A DNA stretch of 64,000 nucleotides from Deltaproteobacteria bacterium (GTDB lineage: Bacteria > Desulfobacterota > Desulfobacteria > Desulfobacterales > SpSt-501): the NCBI GenBank assembly GCA_016219005.1, contig JACRCN010000055.1, positions 1,535 to 65,534 of the forward strand. Direction: 5' to 3'. Each line of letters starts with the position of its first letter. The stretch's first letter is position 1. Made by a program: the position numbers and the translations under genes. Below are positions 1-6,569 of the stretch, piece after piece. Below the pieces are notes generated by a model that ran no database searches, had not been told where the DNA came from, and saw only the letters and a program-made list of their open reading frames with translations.

Positions 1-205
1 CCGCCGCGGGCGGGGTACGTCCAATCAGGATGTTATGTCTAGATTTTTTTTGAGATAGCCTCTAATGCTTTTTTTCTCCAAAAAGATTTGAGGCATGCTT
101 CATGAACGAGGTTAATGTAATACGGAGTAAGGCTCGTTTTCATTTCGTTGGGCTCTCGGTTTAAGGGACTAAAACCATCAGTTATCGGCAAAATGATCGA
201 GCAAT

Positions 206-237
206 AAAAATTGCCCTGCCCCCAGTAAGGGCAGGGC
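206..237 (-). terminator. intrinsic terminator downstream of the YjzC-like gene
   Basis: GCCCTGCCC (213-221) pairs with GGGCAGGGC (229-237). On the minus strand the stem is followed by AATTTTTATT. Confidence 0.6.
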
Positions 238-250
238 GGTATGCGATTAA

Positions 251-493
251 TTAGTGTTTGGTCGGGTCGACAATTTCATACTTCTGGCCCGGCTTCGGGG
301 TGGGCGGGAGCGGTTCGCCTTTGGTGACGGTTCGTTCTTCCCCAGTCCTTCCACCTCTCTGTCCAATTATTTCGTATTGTCCAGAGCGATGAGCCTTTTC
401 CCCAGGTTTCTGTTGCTTTGGCAATAAAATACACCGCCTTTCCTCGGTTAGATTAAAGACGTCGAAAAATCGTTTCAAATTTGTGGATTGCAT
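251..493 (-). CDS. YjzC-like small protein
   Basis: 80-aa ORF. The Gly/Pro-rich pattern PGEKAHRSGQYEIIGQRGG...GEPLPPTPKPGQKYEIV resembles the YjzC family. A terminator lies just downstream. Confidence 0.5.
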   Translation of the reverse strand: MQSTNLKRFFDVFNLTEERRCILLPKQQKPGEKAHRSGQYEIIGQRGGRTGEERTVTKGEPLPPTPKPGQKYEIVDPTKH

Positions 494-572
494 TTAGCTC
501 TTGACTTGTTGCCTTTTCCTATGTATCCACCTTCGACAAGTTTTGGCCGATTTATATCGGCGCCTTCACCGG

Positions 573-605
573 AACCCTAACTGTTCCCGCAGTTAGGGTT
601 TTTCG
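573..605 (+). terminator. orphan hairpin plus short T-run
   Basis: AACCCTAACTG-N6-CAGTTAGGGTT followed by TTTCG. No plus-strand gene is recognisable upstream. Confidence 0.35.
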
Positions 606-819
606 CATTTAAATATATCTCATACCTTATGTTGTGTGTCAACTATAATTCTGTTCAAGTTATTGTGTTGGAGGGTGTTAATTATCCTAAATTCAGTTTC
701 AAACGTCCCTTGCCATGTTCTCAATAGTCCCGCCGCTTTCATCACACACTCAAGACTGATTTTCGGGATCTACCGGCTCTAATCCCAGTATCCCGACAAA
801 TAGACATCTGCAAAAAACC

Positions 820-1407
820 TCAGTCCATCCATCCCACCACCATCTCCCGCTGTTCTCTTGTCTCAGGCGACACCTGTCCTGAGTCCTCGTTATCTTTTCG
901 AAGATCCATGATCATATCAAGCACATTCTTTCCGGTGGCGAGACCATGCCGCACCAGATAACACCCTACGACTGTCCCGGTCCTACCAATCCCTCCCTAG
1001 CAGTGAACATAAACTGGTTTGCAATGCTTGATGCACAGGTCGATCTGGTTAAGGATTCTCGTCATGTGGCGTTCCGTTGGAACCGACCGATCCTTGATTG
1101 GCAGCTGGTCGAACGTCACTGAAATACGGATCTTTGCCGCGATGGACTCCATTATGTCGTCGTATGGGGCGAACTGTTACCCAGAGATATCTTTTTCATC
1201 AGGTTCCATCAGGTTGATGACATGCCGAATGCCGACATTGATGAGGGCGGTGAGTTTGGTGGTAGCTTCCTTGGGGTCCTTTGCACCAGGGTAGAAGCCA
1301 GCAAGGAGTTTGCCTGGAATGACCCAGTAGGAGCGGGGGAGGAGGACTGGTGTAGTTAGCATGACGATGCCTCGTAAAACAATAGCAGTATATTGAGAAT
1401 CTATCAT
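820..1407 (-). pseudogene. Cys-based dual-specificity protein phosphatase interrupted by two in-frame stop codons
   Basis: A single reading frame gives ...SYWVIPGKLLAGFYPG...DEKDISG*QFAPYDD...KPVYVHC*GGIGRTGTVVGCYL...SPETREQREMVVGWMD*. The CX5R P-loop is present. TAA lies at 1177-1179 and TAG at 997-999, and there is no frameshift. Confidence 0.75.
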
Positions 1408-1546
1408 CTTGTAACGATTTCAATTATGCAGTTCCGTATCATCGTAGGCCCCATATGAGCAGATCATGCCTGGCGAGGGTGACAGATGCTGTCACAGTTA
1501 CAAAAAAATATTAATAAGGTGAGGGTTTGAACTTTTAACGAAAAAA

Positions 1547-1575
1547 TTGACTTAACTTAAAAAATTCTATAAGAT
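1547..1575 (+). promoter_or_regulatory. sigma70-like promoter TTGACT-17 nt-TAAGAT
   Basis: TTGACT at 1547-1552, a 17-nt spacer, then TAAGAT at 1570-1575, in an AT-rich intergenic region upstream of the Hsp70-Fic gene. Confidence 0.45.
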
Positions 1576-1630
1576 AAACTAACGAGAATAATAATAAGGG
1601 CAACTTGATGATCCAAAAAGGGAGCCATGA

Positions 1631-1680
1631 AGCCCGTATGAACAGCGGAAAGCTGTTTGTACGGGCTATTTTATTTTTTT
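1631..1680 (+). terminator. intrinsic terminator or attenuator about 45 nt upstream of the Hsp70-Fic ORF
   Basis: AGCCCGTA(1631-1638)...TACGGGCT(1660-1667) with extended pairing TGAACAGC/GCTGTTTG, followed by ATTTTATTTTTTT. Confidence 0.7.
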
Positions 1681-1724
1681 ATTACATTGTTAAAATATAA
1701 TAAAATTAACAATGGAGCTGTTGG

Positions 1725-4700
1725 ATGATTACGAATAATGAGAACATTATTAATTTGACGGAAGAAAAAGTACCAACAATTGTTGCATATAGTAATGAAG
1801 AAAAAAAATAATAATAGGAAAGAAGGCGAGGTTGACAGGTTTAGATGGAAAAACAAAGGTATTCAATTTTAAACCAGATTTAGGAAAAGGCGATGTAGAG
1901 TTTACAAAAGCTAAAAAATATTGGTATTACTTAGCAGCTACAGGGGATTATGAAAAAAGAATTGAAACATTTACAGCGAAAGAAGCTTCCGTAAATTTTC
2001 TTAAAGAACTCGTAAAAAACATTGAATTACCTGAGCAAATACTGTTTGGAGAACCGTCAATTAGAGATAAAACTTGGAGAGAAAACTTTCGTAAACATTT
2101 AAGGGAGGTTTTTAAGGAAATAAATCCAAAATCTCAAATTCAATTTTTCCCAGAACCCTTTGCAGTTTTTCAATATTATAGGAATACATACCTACAAAAA
2201 TCAAACAAATCAGAATTGGTACTGATTATTGACATCGGAGGTGGTACTTTTAACACATGCATTATTAAGACAACCGATGATGGGTATTTATCAAGAGGCG
2301 GTGGAACATCACTACCTTTAGGAATGCAAGCAGAAGTATGTGGTGGAAATGAAGTTGATAACGAGCTGTTAGAGGTAATAATAAAAAAAGCGAAGGAAAA
2401 AGGAATTAAATGGAAAGACGATCCTCGATATCGAGCTGATGTAGATAAGTCACCAATAATGCTTCATGTAGAGGACGCAAAAATTAAACTGTCAGAAATG
2501 ATTAGTGATAATGCATATTTGTCAGGTAATTTTTCAAAAATTATAGTAGAATTAATAATTTTTAAAGGTATGTTACATCCTGACATTGAATTTACAGTTC
2601 AATTAACTGGAGAAGATTTAAAGCAAATAATTAGAAAGTTTTGGCGTAAAAAATGGGGCGAGATTATCATTAAAACAATTAACGAGGCAAAAGATAAATT
2701 ATCGACCATGAATTACAGCTTTAAAAACATAGACAAAGTTATAGTGGCTGGTGGATCATCAAAACTGCCATTTATGAAAGAAGAAATATATACAGTATTG
2801 CCAACATTAATAAATAAAAGCGAGATTTTCATAGCACCTTATCTTGGAAGAGCTGTGGCAGCTGGATTGGCTTTTGAGTGTATCGACCAGCTCAACAGAA
2901 ATCCTCAATTGAGTGCAGGTAAAATTGCGCCATGTCTTTTAAACGATTTATACTTTGGAATACGAAAATCGAGGCAGTCAGAGTATATAATACCAAAAAT
3001 TAGATTAGGGAATCAGACTATAGAAAATGGTCAATTAATTTCAGAACCGTTTATTATTGAAGATTTTAAATTAACATTTGACTTCGAGATGCCTTTTGAA
3101 CCATCTGAAAAGCTTTTTTATTGCTTTTGTGATCAACCTATTGAAAACGATGGCTCGATTATACCATTAAACATAAGTAATGATGTATTTTCATTAAAGA
3201 CCAGTAATAAAATAATTAAAAAATGGCATTTAGAAATAGAAATACTCAAAAATGGCTTGATCAAACCAACTTTTATTTTTAAAGAAAAAGGATTAACAGC
3301 AAGTAAAGAAGGAATAAGAAGACCAGTACCAGATTTTATACTAAATAATTTTAGAATGAAGAATGGAAATTCATTTATTGGTATAGATTTTGGGACGTCA
3401 AATAGTTATGTTGTAGAATTATTGCATACTGCAGAGGAAAGACTTGAAGATAATTATCCAGAATTTTCACTTAATGAAGAGGCTCTTGAAAATTTAAGAA
3501 AATTAGAAAAAGAAATACTAGAACTACGTGAAACTGGATTGCTGGAGCTGGGAGAAATTATAAAATTTTATAAAGACCAAATGCTACTATTAGTATTTCA
3601 TTCAAACAAAATAGAAGGAAATCCACTTACAAAGGGTGAAACTGAAATAATTTTAACTAAAAATAATGAAAATAACCTTAATAAAAATGAGAGGGAGGCC
3701 TATAATTTAGAAAAAGCGTTTATGTGGACTTTAGAAAATTATAAATCGTGTTTCCAAGAACCTCAAAATTTTATTCGGACGGTTAACAAAATGATATTGG
3801 AAACCATATCCGAAGAAGGAGGAGCATATCGTAAGAAGGCTGTTAAAATATCAGGAGTCAATTTTAAACCTCCAATCAGTTCATCTGTGCCAATTTTTAT
3901 GGATAGGCTTTGCTGCGAGCTAAAAAGCGAAAAAAAAGGAAGGTCTGCAATTGAATTCGCTGCATCTATGCACACTAAATTAGTTGCTATACATCCTTTT
4001 GTTGATGGAAATGGTAGAACTGCAAGAATTCTGGTTAATGCAATTCTTTTAAATTACAATTTGCCGCCTTTAATTGTAAATTTTGATGACAAACAAAGAT
4101 ATTTGAATGCATTATCGAAAACAAATAAAGGTGATATATCTCCATTGAATGACTTTTTTATTGAATGTTTTAAGGATTCTTTAGATGAATTTGTGCGTCG
4201 TGAAAAATCTGACGAAGAAGATTCTGAAATTTTAAATAATGACCAGTGCGTTATTGACCAAATTGAAATTAAGACTGATCCAATTAGAAATGCCTTGAAA
4301 GAAATAGGTGCCGAATTAATAGATGATCCAATTCAGTCTGTAATGAAAGTAAAAATTGAAACTTATAGAAAGTCGCTACAATTACATTATGAAAAATCAA
4401 AAAAACTATTTAATAGCTTCAGAGATGAATTCTCAGAAATAATACAATATTTTAATTCAAACACAGAATACCAATTAGCTGGATATAAAATGGTAATGAA
4501 AGAATTTGATATGATTTCAATTGAAAAATACATAGATTTTTGTAATAACAAACGAGTTACAAGAACTTGGTTTTTGGGATTTGAAATTAAAGGACCAACT
4601 GCGAGGGAGCGATTTTTATTCTTTTTTGTTCCCTGTTTTTTAAGAAATATTAACTCAGATAAACTGGGACCTGTATCTTTACTTTTAGCACGTTTTGACG

Positions 4701-4864
4701 GAACAAAATATAGAATTTTAGAATCGGAACCAATTAATCTTAGAGAAATTGTATTTTCAAGCGAAAAATTAATATTCACTAATTCCAACAAAGAAATTAT
4801 ATCAGGGAGTTCGAGTTTTATTCAAAAAACTCTAATTGCAGAAATAATAAAATCATATTTATAA
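1725..4864 (+). CDS. Hsp70-like (actin-fold) ATPase fused to a Fic (AMPylase) domain plus a C-terminal domain of unknown function
   Basis: The conservative ORF is 1832(TTG)..4864, 1010 aa. Hsp70 motifs: FPEPFAVFQYY, LVLIIDIGGGTFNTCII, KVIVAGGSSKLPFMKEEI, PYLGRAVAAGLAF. A beta-rich SBD-like stretch follows. A second IGIDFGTSNSYVV motif sits at aa 516-528. The Fic core is HPFVDGNGRTAR (aa 721-732) and the upstream motif is SNKIEG. The 5' extension to ATG 1725 needs a -1 shift in the A8 tract at 1801-1808 and adds ...EKVPTIVAYSNEEKK, an Hsp70 strand-like segment. Confidence 0.8.
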
Positions 4865-5067
4865 AAGTGAAGGATCAAATCTTAATTTGAAGCTTGCCAA
4901 GCGGTTCCATGCACTCCTTTGAGTTGTTCCCTAAATGGTTGACCAGCTTTGAAACCGGATAGCGCTTGAGTTCCTTCACTAAACCATTCTTGCTCAACTT
5001 CACATGGTCATCATCAGGGAGCTCTGAAAAAAGCTGCAGAAGGCTCACGGGTGTTGAAGGTGATTAA

Positions 5068-5472
5068 ATGAAAGAGAAAAACACATCCCATCTGGCAGGT
5101 GAATTTCTTGTTGCTGGTGAACTGGCAAGAAGAAGATATCCAGTTTCCATAACGATGGGCAATGCCAAATCGATTGACATTTATGCAGACACCCCAGAAG
5201 GTCCAATCAAAATCGATGCAAAAGCAGGAAGGGCAAAAGGTAACTGGCCAGTAAACGAACATTCTCTTCGACCTGATGTTTTTTATATTTTCGTTCACCT
5301 CGGAACTGACACTCAAATCAAAAACAATGACCCGCCCGAGTATTTTATTGTCACAGGCAACGAGCTCAAATCACAGAATCTTGTTGATACGTGGAGGACA
5401 AGAACAGGCATCCGTTATCAAGCGTTGGAAGATTGCAAAGGAAAGTGGGACAAGCTGCCAGCACCCAAATGA
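5068..5472 (+). CDS. small PD-(D/E)xK nuclease-fold-like protein
   Basis: 134-aa ORF. N-terminal GEFLVAGELARRRY helix, then SIDIYAD...IKIDAKAG (a D...D-x-K arrangement). Assignment is by motif only. Confidence 0.5.
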   Translation: MKEKNTSHLAGEFLVAGELARRRYPVSITMGNAKSIDIYADTPEGPIKIDAKAGRAKGNWPVNEHSLRPDVFYIFVHLGTDTQIKNNDPPEYFIVTGNELKSQNLVDTWRTRTGIRYQALEDCKGKWDKLPAPK

Positions 5473-5481
5473 AACTCGAAC

Positions 5482-5650
5482 ATGAATAAAAGAGCCAGAA
5501 CACACTTTTTGATTCTTGTCTTTCTCTTTTGGGACATATCTCTATGCAGTGCCGGTGAATACCAAGTTGGCCGTGTGGTTGACGGGGACACAATCATTGT
5601 CAAAAAAGGTGCAACAAAACTTACCATTCGCCTCGTCGGGATTGATGCTA
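5482..5650 (+). pseudogene. 5' fragment of a secreted thermonuclease (SNase-like)
   Basis: A signal-peptide-like N-terminus is followed by YQVGRVVDGDTIIVKKGATKLTIRLVGIDA. The similarity stops exactly at the stop codon of the convergent ankyrin gene (5648-5650). The canonical GIDAPE and the rest of the domain are missing. Confidence 0.6.
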
Positions 5651-6067
5651 ATCCTTCAGGAGCGCAATTATGCGAGTGTATTCGTACTGCTCGGCGTAAT
5701 CCAACGCCGTGCGCCCAAACATATCTGTAATATTTTTATCTGCCTTGCACTTGATAAGTGCCTCCACCGAATCGATATGATTGTAATAAGTTGCAAGGAT
5801 TAATGCGGTGGCGCCGTTCATGTTTCGGACGTTAAGATCGGCCCCCTTCTGACACAGGAATTCGACCATTTTACCATTCCGCGGTTCAGAAGCAGCCATC
5901 ATAATTGGGGTGTTGCCTGTTTGGCTTTTCCAATTGATGTCGCCCCCATTGGCGAGGTATTGCTGAACGCCCGCAATGTTGCCGGTTTTGACGTTTTGGA
6001 AAATTCCGCCACAAGAGCAGAGCAAGAGGGAAGAGATGCAGATAAATGCAAAACGAGTTCGTTTCAT
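5648..6067 (-). CDS. ankyrin-repeat lipoprotein
   Basis: MKRTRFAFICISSLLLCSCGG contains a lipobox. Ankyrin repeats follow (GNTPIMMAA..., GATALILATYYNHIDSVEALI..., GRTALDYA). The start is taken at Met14 of the tracked ORF. Confidence 0.8.
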   Translation of the reverse strand: MKRTRFAFICISSLLLCSCGGIFQNVKTGNIAGVQQYLANGGDINWKSQTGNTPIMMAASEPRNGKMVEFLCQKGADLNVRNMNGATALILATYYNHIDSVEALIKCKADKNITDMFGRTALDYAEQYEYTRIIALLKD

Positions 6068-6448
6068 TCGATGCTCCTCTCGTTTAGGGGATGGGGTTAA
6101 GAGCATTTTTGCAGAATGCTATCATAAACCGGCGCATTTAAATAGAACCTTTCATGCCGTTCCCCTGCCCTCCCGTAGGTCCCGCGCCAGGTCAACGCCT
6201 GCCGACCCATGTTCACCCTGTAAGTGATACCATTCGGCGATAGAGATAGAAACCATTCAGCAGCGCGGGATAAAATACACATAGTTTAACCATATTACTC
6301 TCCACCATCGTTGGACCACTTTTTCTTTAGAGACTGATTTAGAGATTGACAGAAGTCTAAAAATAAAATATCGCCTTAATCCGAAGCTGCCCCCCCAATC
6401 CATACTCGTAGAGCGAATGGAACCTCTTAAAAAAGCAGCAGGTTGGAC

Positions 6449-6485
6449 AACCCCTGAATGGTCTTAGCCTCCAGGGGTTTTTTTA
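6449..6485 (+). terminator. orphan intrinsic terminator upstream of the ABC operon
   Basis: CCCCTG(6451-6456)...CAGGGG(6472-6477) followed by TTTTTTTT. Confidence 0.5.
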
Positions 6486-6569
6486 TCGCCTACGCATCAC
6501 GACCTGTGGCGAGGGCTGAACCGATTGGCTCTCAGTCTTGATGTAAACTATGTAAACCAAGGAGGTTCA

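Noticed and set aside
997-1179. Programmed recoding (pyrrolysine or read-through) of the stops in the phosphatase gene
   Set aside because: One stop is TAA and the other TAG. No pyl genes or recoding signals are visible in the window. Nonsense mutation is the simpler explanation.
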